A stretch of DNA of 64,000 bases from assembly GCA_964057225.1 (NCBI GenBank), contig OZ059894.1:22568001-22632000 (forward strand), written 5' to 3'. The notes under the pieces are model-generated. The model was not told where the DNA came from, searched no databases, and was given only the letters and a program-made list of their open reading frames with translations. The first letter of the stretch is position 1. Every line of letters begins with the position of its first letter. This DNA is from Auanema rhodensis. Lineage: Eukaryota; Animalia; Nematoda. The translations under genes and the position numbers were made by a program. Shown here piece after piece: positions 39,801 through 52,800 of this stretch.

Positions 39801-41764
39801 TTTGGAAGCAATGTTGAGTGTACATGGAAACTCAACATACACTAATGGATCATTTTTCAAACGATCATAACTAATTTTTGTATTAAGCGTTTCTCAATGT
39901 AGTATAGTGCATTCGATGCGGATTTTTAAGCTGCGTCGATCTGTGTTATCAGATTTGCGCTAGCTTAAAAATGCACCGAGATATCAACTGATATAAGTTC
40001 ACACTTATATCCTCGATTTTCACCCTGAAGAATTAATTTTTTCGTTGAATAACATTGTCCATCGTCTTTGCCTTGAAAAAAGCAATCTAAAAACATCTAC
40101 TTTTTGCTAATTTATTTTGAAATTTTTCGAAAAAATTTTTGTCAAAATGTTTTTGGAAGCAATGTTGAGTGTACATGGAAACTCAACATACACTAATGCA
40201 TCATTTTTCAAACGATCATAACTAATTTTTGTATTAAGCGTTTCTCAATGTAGTATAGTGCATTCGATGCGGATTTTTAAGCTGCGTCGATCTGTGTTAT
40301 CAGATTTGCGCTAGCTTAAAAATGCACCGAGATATCAACTGATATAAGTTCACACTTATATCCTCGATTTTCACCCTGAAGAATTAATTTTTTCGTTGAA
40401 TAACATTGTCCATCGTCTTTGCCTTAAAAAAAGGAATCTAAAAACATCTACTTTTTGCTAATTTATTTTGAAATTTTTCGAAAAAATTTTTGTCAAAATG
40501 TTTTTGGAAGCAATGTTGAGTGTACATGGAAACTCAACATACACTAATGCATCATTTTTCAAACGATCATAACTAATTTTTGTATTAAGCGTTTCTCAAT
40601 GTAGTATAGTGCATTCGATGCGGATTTTTAAGCTGCGTCGATCTGTGTTATCAGATTTGCGCTAGCTTAAAAATGCACCGAGATAGCAACTGATATAAGT
40701 TCACACTTATATCCTCGATTTTCACCCTGAAGAATTAATTTTTTCGTTGAATAACATTGTCCATCGTCTTTGCCTTGAAAAAAGGAATCTAAAAACATCT
40801 GTTTTTTGCTAATTTATTTTGAAATGTTTCGAAAAAATTTTTGTCAAAATGTTTTTGGAAGCAATGTTGAGTGTACATGGAAACTCAACATACACTAATG
40901 GATCATTTTTCAAACGATCATAACTAATTTTTGTATTGAGCGTTTCTCAATGTAGTATAGTGCATTCGATGCGGATTTTTAAGCTGCGTCGATCTGTGTT
41001 ATCAGATTTGCGCTAGCTTAAAAATGCACCGAGATATCAACTGATATAAGTTCACACTTATATCCTCGATTTTCACCCTGAAGAATTAATTTTTTCGTTG
41101 AATAACATTGTCCATCGTCTTTGCCTTGAAAAAAGCAATCTAAAAACATCTACTTTTTTCTAATTTATTTTGAAATTTTTCGAAAAAATTTTTGTCAAAA
41201 TGTTTTTGGAAGCAATGTTGAGTGTACATGGAAACTCAACATACACTAATGCATCATTTTTCAAACGATCATAACTAATTTTTGTATTAAGCGTTTCTCA
41301 ATGTAGTATAGTGCATTCGATGCGGATTTTTAAGCTGCGTCGATCTGTGTTATCAGATTTGCGCTAGCTTAAAAATGCACCGAGATATCAACTGATATAA
41401 GTTCACACTTATATCCTCGATTTTCACCCTGAAGAATTAATTTTTTCGTTGAATAACATTGTCCATCGTCTTTGCCTTAAAAAAAGGAATCTAAAAACAT
41501 CTACTTTTTGCTAATTTATTTTGAAATTTTTCGAAAAAATTTTTGTCAAAATGTTTTTGGAAGCAATGTTGAGTGTACATGGAAACTCAACATACACTAA
41601 TGCATCATTTTTCAAACGATCATAACTAATTTTTGTATTAAGCGTTTCTCAATGTAGTATAGTGCATTCGATGCGGATTTGTAAGCTGCGTCGATCTGTG
41701 TTATCAGATTTGCGCTAGCTTAAAAATGCACCGAGATATCAACTGATATAAGTTCACACTTATA
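36851..41764. repeat. 3-monomer periodic segment (period 1053 bp), two successive unit types
   Basis: CCTTAAAA monomers at 37202, 38255, 39308, 40361 and 41414 are separated first by two CATCTGTT/AATGTTTC monomers, then by one such monomer plus one AAGCAATC monomer. Confidence 0.85.
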
Positions 41765-43870
41765 TCCTCGATTTTCACCCTGAAGAATTGATTTTTTCGT
41801 TGAATAACATTGACCATCGTCTTTGCCTTGAAAAAAGCAATCTAAAAACATCTACTTTTTGCTAATTTATTTTGAAATTTTTCGAAAAAATTTTTGTCAA
41901 AATGTTTTTGGAAGCAATGTTGAGTGTACATGGAAACTCAACATACACTAATGCATCATTTTTCAAACGATCATAACTAATTTTTGTATTAAGCGTTTCT
42001 CAATGTAGTATAGTGCATTCGATGCGGATTTTTAAGCTGCGTCGATCTGTGTTATCAGATTTGCGCTAGCTTAAAAATGCACCGAGATATCAACTGATAT
42101 AAGTTCACACTTATATCCTCGATTTTCACCCTGAAGAATTAATTTTTTCGTTGAATAACATTGTCCATCGTCTTTGCCTTAAAAAAAGGAATCTAAAAAC
42201 ATCTACTTTTTGCTAATTTATTTTGAAATTTTTCGAAAAAATTTTTGTCAAAATGTTTTTGGAAGCAATGTTGAGTGTACATGGAAACTCAACATACACT
42301 AATGCATCATTTTTCAAACGATCATAACTAATTTTTGTATTAAGCGTTTCTCAATGTAGTATAGTGCATTCGATGCGGATTTGTAAGCTGCGTCGATCTG
42401 TGTTATCAGATTTGCGCTAGCTTAAAAATGCACCGAGATATCAACTGATATAAGTTCACACTTATATCCTCGATTTTCACCCTGAAGAATTAATTTTTTC
42501 GTTGAATAACATTGTCCATCGTCTTTGCCTTGAAAAAAGGAATTTAAAAACATCTACTTTTTGCTAAATTATTTTGAAATTTTTCGAAAAAATTTTTGTC
42601 AAAATGTTTTTGGAAGCAATGTTGAGTGTACATGGAAACTCAACATACACTAATGCATCATTTTTCAAACGATCATAACTAATTTTTGTATTAAGCGTTT
42701 CTCAATGTAGTATAGTGCATTCGATGCGGATTTTTAAGCTGCGTCGATCTGTGTTATCAGATTTGCGCTAGCTTAAAAATGCACCGAGATAGCAACTGAT
42801 ATAAGTTCACACTTATATCCTCGATTTTCACCCTGAAGAATTAATTTTTTCGTTGAATAACATTGTCCATCGTCTTTGCCTTGAAAAAAGGAATCTAAAA
42901 ACATCTGTTTTTTGCTAATTTATTTTGAAATGTTTCGAAAAAATTTTTGTCAAAATGTTTTTGGAAGCAATGTTGAGTGTACATGGAAACTCAACATACA
43001 CTAATGCATCATTTTTCAAACGATCATAACTAATTTTTGTATTAAGCGTTTATCAATGTAGTATAGTGCATTCGATGCGGATTTTTAAGCTGCGTCGATC
43101 TGTGTTATCAGATTTGCGCTAGCTGTAAAATGCACCGAGATATCAACTGATATAAGTTCACACTTATATCCTCGATTTTCACCCTGAAGAATTAATTTTT
43201 TCGTTGAATAACATTGTCCATCGTCTTTGCCTTGAAAAAAGCAATCTAAAAACATCTACTTGTTGCTAATTTATTTTGAAATTTTTCGAAAAAATTTTTG
43301 TCAAAATGTTTTTGGAAGCAATGTTGAGTGTACATGGAAACTCAACATACACTAATGGATCATTTTTCAAACGATCATAACTAATTTTTGTATTGAGCGT
43401 TTCTCAATGTAGTATAGTGCATTCGATGCGGATTTTTAAGCTGCGTCGATCTGTGTTATCAGATTTGCGCTAGCTTAAAAATGCACCGAGATATCAACTG
43501 ATATAAGTTCACACTTATATCCTCGATTTTCACCCTGAAGAATTAATTTTTTCGTTGAATAACATTGTCCATCGTCTTTGCCTTGAAAAAAGCAATCTAA
43601 AAACATCTACTTTTTGCTAATTTATTTTGAAATTTTTCGAAAAAATTTTTGTCAAAATGTTTTTGGAAGCAATGTTGAGTGTACATGGAAACTCAACATA
43701 CACTAATGCATCATTTTTCAAACGATCATAACTAATTTTTGTATTAAGCGTTTCTCAATGTAGTATAGTGCATTCGATGCGGATTTTTAAGCTGCGTCGT
43801 TCTGTGTTATCAGATTTGCGCTAGCTTAAAAATGCACCGAGATATCAACTGATATAAGTTCACACTTATA

Positions 43871-46800
43871 TCCTCGATTTTCACCCTGAAGAATTGATTT
43901 TTTCGTTGAATAACATTGACCATCGTCTTTGCCTTGAAAAAAGGAATCTAAAAACATCTACTTTTTGCTAAATTATTCTGAAATTTTTCGAAAAAATTTT
44001 TGTCAAAATGTTTTTGGAAGCAATGTTGAGTGTACATGGAAACTCAACATACACTAATGCATCATTTTTCAAACGATCATAACTAATTTTTGTATTAAGC
44101 GTTTCTCAATGTAGTATAGTGCATTCGATGCGGATTTTTAAGCTGCGTCGATCTGTGTTATCAGATTTGCGCTAGCTTAACAATGCACCGAGATATCAAC
44201 TGATATAAGTTCACACTTATATCCTCGATTTTCACCCTGAAGAATTAATTTTTTCGTTGAATAACATTGTCCATCGTCTTTGCCTTGAAAAAAGGAATCT
44301 AAAAACATCTACTTTTTGCTAAATTATTTTGAAGTTTTTCGAAAAAATTTTTGTCAAAATGTTTTTGGAAGCAATGTTGAGTGTACATGGAAACTCAACA
44401 TACACTAATGCATCATTTTTCAAACGATCATAACTAATTTTTGTATTAAGCGTTTCTCAATGTAGTATAGTGCATTCGATGCGGATTTTTAAGCTGCGTC
44501 GATCTGTGTTATCAGATTTGCGCTAGCTTAACAATGCACCGAGATATCAACTGATATAAGTTCACACTTATATCCTCGATTTTCACCCTGAAGAATTAAT
44601 TTTTTCGTTGAATAACATTGTCCATCGTCTTTGCCTTGAAAAAAGGAATCTAAAAACATCTACTTTTTGCTAAATTATTTTGAAGTTTTTCGAAAAAATT
44701 TTTGTCAAAATGTTTTTGGAAGCAATGTTGAGTGTACATGGAAACTCAACATACACTAATGCATCATTTTTCAAACGATCATAACTAATTTTTGTATTAA
44801 GCGTTTCTCCATGTAGTATATTGCATTCGATGCGGATTTTTAAGCTGCGTCGATCTGTGTTATCAGATTTGCGCTAGCTTAAAAATGCACCGAGATATCA
44901 ACTGATATAAGTTCACACTTATATCCTCGATTTTCACCCTGAAGAATTAATTTTTTCGTTGAATAACATTGTCCATCGTCTTTGCCTTGAAAAAAGGAAT
45001 CTAAAAACATCTACTTTTTGCTAAATTATTTTGAAGTTTTTCGAAAAAATTTTTGTCAAAATGTTTTTGGAAGCAATGTTGAGTGTACATGGAAACTCAA
45101 CATACACTAATGCATCATTTTTCAAACGATCATAACTAATTTTTGTATTAAGCGTTTCTCAATGTAGTATATTGCATTCAATGCGGATTTTTAAGCTGCG
45201 TCGATCTGTGTTATCAGATTTGCGCTAGCTTAAAAATGCACCGAGATATCAACTGATATAAGTTCACACTTATATCCTCGATTTTCACCCTGAAGAATTG
45301 ATTTTTTCGTTGAATAACATTGACCATCGTCTTTGCCTTGAAAAAAGAAATCTAAAAACATCTACTTTTTGCTAAATTATTTTGAAATTTCTCGAAAAAA
45401 TTTTTGTCAAAATGTTTTTGGAAGCAATGTTGAGTGTACATGGAAACTCAACATACACTAATGCATCATTTTTCAAACGATCATAACTAATTTTTGTATT
45501 AAGCGTTTCTCAATGTAGTATATTGCATTCAATGCGGATTTTTAAGCTGCGTCGATCTGTGTTATCAGATTTGCGCTAGCTTAAAAATGCACCGAGATAT
45601 CAACTGATATAAGTTCACACTTATATCCTCGATTTTCACCCTGAAGAATTGATTTTTTCGTTGAATAACATTGACCATCGTCTTTGCCTTGAAAAAAGGA
45701 ATCTAAAAACATCTACTTTTTGCTAAATTATTCTGAAATTTTTCGAAAAAATTTTTGTCAAAATGTTTTTGGAAGCAATGTTGAGTGTACATGGAAACTC
45801 AACATACACTCATGCATCATTTTTCAAACGATCATAACTAATTTTTGTATTAAGCGTTTCTCAATGTAGTATATTGCATTCGATGCGGATTTTTAAGCTG
45901 CGTCGATCTGCGTTATCAGATTTGCGCTAGCTTAAAAATGCACCGAGATATCAACTGATATAAGTTCACACTTATATCCTCGATTTTCACCCTGAAGAAT
46001 TGATTTTTTCGTTGAATAACATTGACCATCGTCTTTGCCTTGAAAAAAGGAATCTAAAAACATCTACTTTTTGCTAAATTATTCTGAAATTTTTCGAAAA
46101 AATTTTTGTCAAAATGTTTTTGGAAGCAATGTTGAGTGTACATGGAAACTCAACATACACTAATGCATCATTTTTCAAACGATCATAACTAATTTTTGTA
46201 TTAAGCGTTTCTCAATGTAGTATAGTGCATTCGATGCGGATTTTTAAGCTGCGTCGATCTGTGTTATCAGATTTGCGCTAGCTTAACAATGCACCGAGAT
46301 ATCAACTGATATAAGTTCACACTTATATCCTCGATTTTCACCCTGAAGAATTGATTTTTTCGTTGAATAACATTGACCATCGTCTTTGCCTTAAAAAAAG
46401 GAATCTAAAAACATCTACTTTTTGCTAAATTATTTTGAAATTTCTCGAAAAAATTTTTGTCAAAATGTTTTTGGAAGCAATGTTGAGTGTACATGGAAAC
46501 TCAACATACACTAATGCATCATTTTTCAAACGATCATAACTAATTTTTGTATTAAGCGTTTCTCAATGTAGTATAGTGCATTCGATGCGGATTTTTAAGC
46601 TGCGTCGTTCTGTGTTATCAGATTTGCGCTAGCTTAAAAATGCACCGAGATATCAACTGATATAAGTTCACACTTATATCCTCGATTTTCACCCTGAAGA
46701 ATTGATTTTTTCGTTGAATAACATTGACCATCGTCTTTGCCTTGAAAAAAGGAATCTAAAAACATCTACTTTTTGCTAAATTATTCTGAAATTTTTCGAA

Positions 46801-49800
46801 AAAATTTTTGTCAAAATGTTTTTGGAAGCAATGTTGAGTGTACAAGGAAACTCAACATACACTAATGCATCATTTTTCAAACGATCATAACTAATTTTTG
46901 TATTAAGCGTTTCTCAATGTAGTATAGTGCATTCGATGCGGATTTTTAAGCTGCGTCGATCTGTGTTATCAGATTTGCGCTAGCTTAACAATGCACCGAG
47001 ATATCAACTGATATAAGTTCACACTTATATCCTCGATTTTCACCCTGAAGAATTAATTTTTTCGTTGAATAACATTGTCCATCGTCTTTGCCTTGAAAAA
47101 AGGAATCTAAAAACATCTACTTTTTGCTAAATTATTTTGAAGTTTTCGAAAAAATTTTTGTCAAAATGTTTTTGGAAGCAATGTTGAGTGTACATGGAAA
47201 CTCAACATACACTAATGCATCATTTTTCAAACGATCATAACTAATTTTTGTATTAAGCGTTTCTCAATGTAGTATATTGCATTCGATGCGGATTTTTAAG
47301 CTGCGTCGATCTGTGTTATCAGATTTGCGCTAGCTTAAAAATGCACCGAGATATCAACTGATATAAGTTCACACTTATATCCTCGATTTTCACCCTGAAG
47401 AATTAATTTTTTCGTTGAATAACATTGTCCATTGTCTTTGCCTTGAAAAAAGGAATCTAAAAACATCTACTTTTTGCTAAATTATTTTGAAGTTTTTCGA
47501 AAAAATTTTTGTCAAAATGTTTTTGGAAGCAATGTTGAGTGTACATGGAAACTCAACATACACTAATGCATCATTTTTCAAACGATCATAACTAATTTTT
47601 GTATTGAGCGTTTCTCAATGTAGTATATTGCATTCAATGCGGATTTTTAAGCTGCGTCGATCTGTGTTATCAGATTTGCGCTAGCTTAAAAATGCACCGA
47701 GATATCAACTGATATAAGTTCACACTTATATCCTCGATTTTCACCCTGAAGAATTGATTTTTTCGTTGAATAACATTGACCATCGTCTTTGCCTTGAAAA
47801 AAGGAATCTAAAAACATTTACTTTTTGCTAAATTATTCTGAAATTTTTCGAAAAAATTTTTGTCAAAATGTTTTTGGAAGCAATGTTGAGTGTACATGGA
47901 AACTCAACATACACTAATGCATCATTTTTCAAACGATCATAACTAATTTTTGTATTAAGCGTTTCTCAATGTAGTATAGTGCATTCGATGCGGATTTTTA
48001 AGCTGCGTCGATCTGTGTTATCAGATTTGCGCTAGCTTAACAATGCACCGAGATATCAACTGATATAAGTTCACACTTATATCCTCGATTTTCACCCTGA
48101 AGAATTAATTTTTTCGTTGAATAACATTGTCCATCGTCTTTGCCTTGAAAAAAGGAATCTAAAAACATCTACTTTTTGCTAAATTATTTTGAAGTTTTTC
48201 GAAAAAATTTTTGTCAAAATGTTTTTGGAAGCAATGTTGAGTGTACATGGAAACTCAACATACACTAATGCATCATTTTTCAAACGATCATAACTAATTT
48301 TTGTATTAAGCGTTTCTCAATGTAGTATAGTGCATTCGATGCGGATTTTTAAGCTGCGTCGATCTGTGTTATTAGATTTGCGCTAGCTTAAAAATGCACC
48401 GAGATATCAACTGATATAAGTTCACACTTATATCCTCGATTTTCACCCTGAAGAATTAATTTTTTCGTTGAATAACATTGACCATCGTCTTTGCCTTGAA
48501 AAAAGGAATCTAAAAACATCTACTTTTTGCTAAATTATTCTGAAATTTTTCGAAAAAATTTTTGTCAAAATGTTTTTGGAAGCAATGTTGAGTGTACATG
48601 GAAACTCAACATACACTAATGCATCATTTTTCAAACGATCATAACTAATTTTTGTATTAAGCGTTTCTCAATGTAGTATAGTGCATTCGATGCGGATTTT
48701 TAAGCTGCGTCGATCTGTGTTATCAGATTTGCGCTAGCTTAACAATGCACCGAGATATCAACTGATATAAGTTCACACTTATATCCTCGATTTTCACCCT
48801 GAAGAATTAATTTTTTCGTTGAATAACATTGTCCATCGTCTTTGCCTTGAAAAAAGGAATCTAAAAACATCTACTTTTTGCTAAATTATTTTGAAGTTTT
48901 CGAAAAAAGTTTTGTCAAAATGTTTTTGGAAGCAATGTTGAGTGTACATGGAAACTCAACATACACTAATGCATCATTTTTCAAACGATCATAACTAATT
49001 TTTGTATTAAGCGTTTCTCAATGTAGTATATTGCATTCGATGCGGATTTTTAAGCTGCGTCGATCTGTGTTATCAGATTTGCGCTAGCTTAAAAATGCAC
49101 CGAGATATCAACTGATATAAGTTCACACTTATATCCTCGATTTTCACCCTGAAGAATTAATTTTTTCGTTGAATAACATTGTCCATTGTCTTTGCCTTGA
49201 AAGAAGGAATCTAAAAACATCTACTTTTTGCTAAATTATTTTGAAGTTTTTCGAAAAAATTTTTGTCAAAATGTTTTTGGAAGCAATGTTGAGTGTACAT
49301 GGAAACTCAACATACACTAATGCATCATTTTTCAAACGATCATAACTAATTTTTGTATTAAGCGTTTCTCAATGTAGTATATTGCATTCAATGCGGATTT
49401 TTAAGCTGCGTCGATCTGTGTTATCAGATTTGCGCTAGCTTAAAAATGCACCGAGATATCAACTGATATAAGTTCACACTTATATCCTCGATTTTCACCC
49501 TGAAGAATTGATTTTTTCGTTGAATAACATTGACCATCGTCTTTGCCTTGAAAAAAGGAATCTAAAAACATCTACTTTTTGCTAAATTATTCTGAAATTT
49601 TTCGAAAAAATTTTTGTCAAAATGTTTTTGGAAGCAATGTTGAGTGTACATGGAAACTCAACATACACTAATGCATCATTTTTCAAACGATCATAACTAA
49701 TTTTTGTATTAAGCGTTTCTCAATGTAGTATAGTGCATTCGATGCGGATTTTTAAGCTGCGTCGATCTGTGTTATCAGATTTGCGCTAGCTTAACAATGC

Positions 49801-52800
49801 ACCGAGATATCAACTGATATAAGTTCACACTTATATCCTCGATTTTCACCCTGAAGAATTAATTTTTTCGTTGAATAACATTGTCCATCGTCTTTGCCTT
49901 GAAAAAAGGAATCTAAAAACATCTACTTTTTGCTAAATTATTTTGAAGTTTTTCGAAAAAATTTTTGTCAAAATGTTTTTGGAAGCAATGTTGAGTGTAC
50001 ATGGAAACTCAACATACACTAATGCATCATTTTTCAAACGATCATAACTAATTTTTGTATTAAGCGTTTCTCAATGTAGTATAGTGCATTCGATGCGGAT
50101 TTTTAAGCTGCGTCGATCTGTGTTATTAGATTTGCGCTAGCTTAAAAATGCACCGAGATATCAACTGATATAAGTTCACACTTATATCCTCGATTTTCAC
50201 CCTGAAGAATTAATTTTTTCGTTGAATAACATTGTCCATCGTCTTTGCCTTGAAAAATGGAATCTAAAAACATCTACTTTTTGCTAAATTATTTTGAAAT
50301 TTTTCGAAAAAATTTTTGTCAAAATGTTTTTGGAAGCAATGTTGAGTGTACATGGAAACTCAACATACACTAATGCATCATTTTTCAAACGATCATAACT
50401 AATTTTTGTATTGAGCGTTTCTCAATGTAGTATAGTGCATTCGATGCGGATTTTTAAGCTGCGTCGATCTGTGTTATCAGATTTGCGCTAGCTTAAAAAT
50501 GCACCGAGATATCAACTGATATAAGTTCACACTTATATCCTCGATTTTCACCCTGAAGAATTAATTTTTTCGTTGAATAACATTGTCCATCGTCTTTGCC
50601 TTGAAAAAAGGAATCTAAAAACATCTACTTTTTGCTAAATTATTTTGAAATTTCTCGAAAAAATTTTTGTCAAAATGTTTTTGGAAGCAATGTTGAGTGT
50701 ACATGGAAACTCAACATACACTAATGCATCATTTTTCAAACGATCATAACTAATTTTTGTATCAAGCGTTTCTCAATGTAGTATAGTGCATTCGATGCGG
50801 ATTTTTAAGCTGCGTCGTTCTGTGTTATCAGATTTGCGCTAGCTTAAAAATGCACCGAGATATCAACTGATATAAGTTCACACTTATATCCTCGATTTTC
50901 ACCCTGAAGAATTGATTTTTTCGTTGAATAACATTGACCATCGTCTTTGCCTTGAAAAAAGGAATCTAAAAACATCTACTTTTTGCTAAATTATTTTGAA
51001 ATTTCTCGAAAAAATTTTTGTCAAAATGTTTTTGGAAGCAATGTTGAGTGTACATGGAAACTCAACATACACTAATGCATCATTTTTCAAACGATCATAA
51101 CTAATTTTTGTATCAAGCGTTTCTCAATGTAGTATAGTGCATTCGATGCGGATTTTTAAGCTGCGTCGTTCTGTGTTATCAGATTTGCGCTAGCTTAAAA
51201 ATGCACCGAGATATCAACTGATATAAGTTCACACTTATATCCTCGATTTTCACCCTGAAGAATTGATTTTTTCGTTGAATAACATTGACCATCGTCTTTG
51301 CCTTGAAAAAAGGAATCTAAAAACATCTACTTTTTGCTAAATTATTCTGAAATTTTTCGAAAAAATTTTTGTCAAAATGTTTTTGGAAGCAATGTTGAGT
51401 GTACATGGAAACTCAACATACACTAATGCATCATTTTTCAAACGATCATAACTAATTTTTGTATTAAGCGTTTCTCAATGTAGTATAGTGCATTCGATGC
51501 GGATTTTTAAGCTGCGTCGATCTGTGTTATCAGATTTGCGCTAGCTTAACAATGCACCGAGATATCAACTGATATAAGTTCACACTTATATCCTCGATTT
51601 TCACCCTGAAGAATTAATTTTTTCGTTGAATAACATTGTCCATCGTCTTTGCCTTGAAAAAAGGAATCTAAAAACATCTACTTTTTGCTAAATTATTCTG
51701 AAATTTTTCGAAAAAATTTTTGTCAAAATGTTTTTGGAAGCAATGTTGAGTGTACATGGAAACTCAACATACACTAATGCATCATTTTTCAAACGATCAT
51801 AACTAATTTTTGTATTAAGCGTTTCTCAATGTAGTATAGTGCATTCGATGCGGATTTTTAAGCTGCGTCGATCTGTGTTATTAGATTTGCGCTAGCTTAA
51901 AAATGCACCGAGATATCAACTGATATAAGTTCACACTTATATCCTCGATTTTCACCCTGAAGAATTAATTTTTTCGTTGAATAACATTGTCCATCGTCTT
52001 TGCCTTGAAAAATGGAATCTAAAAACATCTACTTTTTGCTAAATTATTTTGAAATTTTTCGAAAAAATTTTTGTCAAAATGTTTTTGGAAGCAATGTTGA
52101 GTGTACATGGAAACTCAACATACACTAATGCATCATTTTTCAAACGATCATAACTAATTTTTGTATTAAGCGTTTCTCAATGTAGTATAGTGCATTCGAT
52201 GCGGATTTTTAAGCTGCGTCGATCTGTGTTATCAGATTTGCGCTAGCTTAAAAATGCACCGAGATATCAACTGATATAAGTTCACACTTATATCCTCGAT
52301 TTTCACCCTGAAGAATTAATTTTTTCGTTGAATAACATTGTCCATCGTCTTTGCCTTGAAAAAAACGAATCTAAAAACATCTACTTTTTGCTAAATTATT
52401 TTGAAATTTCTCGAAAAAATTTTTGTCAAAATGTTTTTGGAAGCAATGTTGAGTGTACATGGAAACTCAACATACACTAATGCATCATTTTTCAAACGAT
52501 CATAACTAATTTTTGTATTAAGCGTTTCTCAATGTAGTATAGTGCATTCGATGCGGATTTTTAAGCTGCGTCGTTCTGTGTTATCAGATTTGCGCTAGCT
52601 TAAAAATGCACCGAGATATCAACTGATATAAGTTCACACTTATATCCTCGATTTTCACCCTGAAGAATTAATTTTTTCGTTGAATAACATTGTCCATCGT
52701 CTTTGCCTTGAAAAAAGGAATCTAAAAACATCTACTTTTTGCTAAATTATTTTGAAATTTCTCGAAAAAATTTTTGTCAAAATGTTTTTGGAAGCAATGT

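Larger units (their letters stand above)
28076..43870. repeat. Satellite subfamily domain 2 (45 monomers, all exactly 351 bp)
   Basis: Characteristic variants are GCTAATTTA, AAAGCAATC, CTAATGGATC, CATCTGTTTT, GAAATGTTTC, GATTTGTAAG, GATAGCAAC and CTTGTTGC. 28076+45x351=43871, which is the observed next monomer start. Confidence 0.88.
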
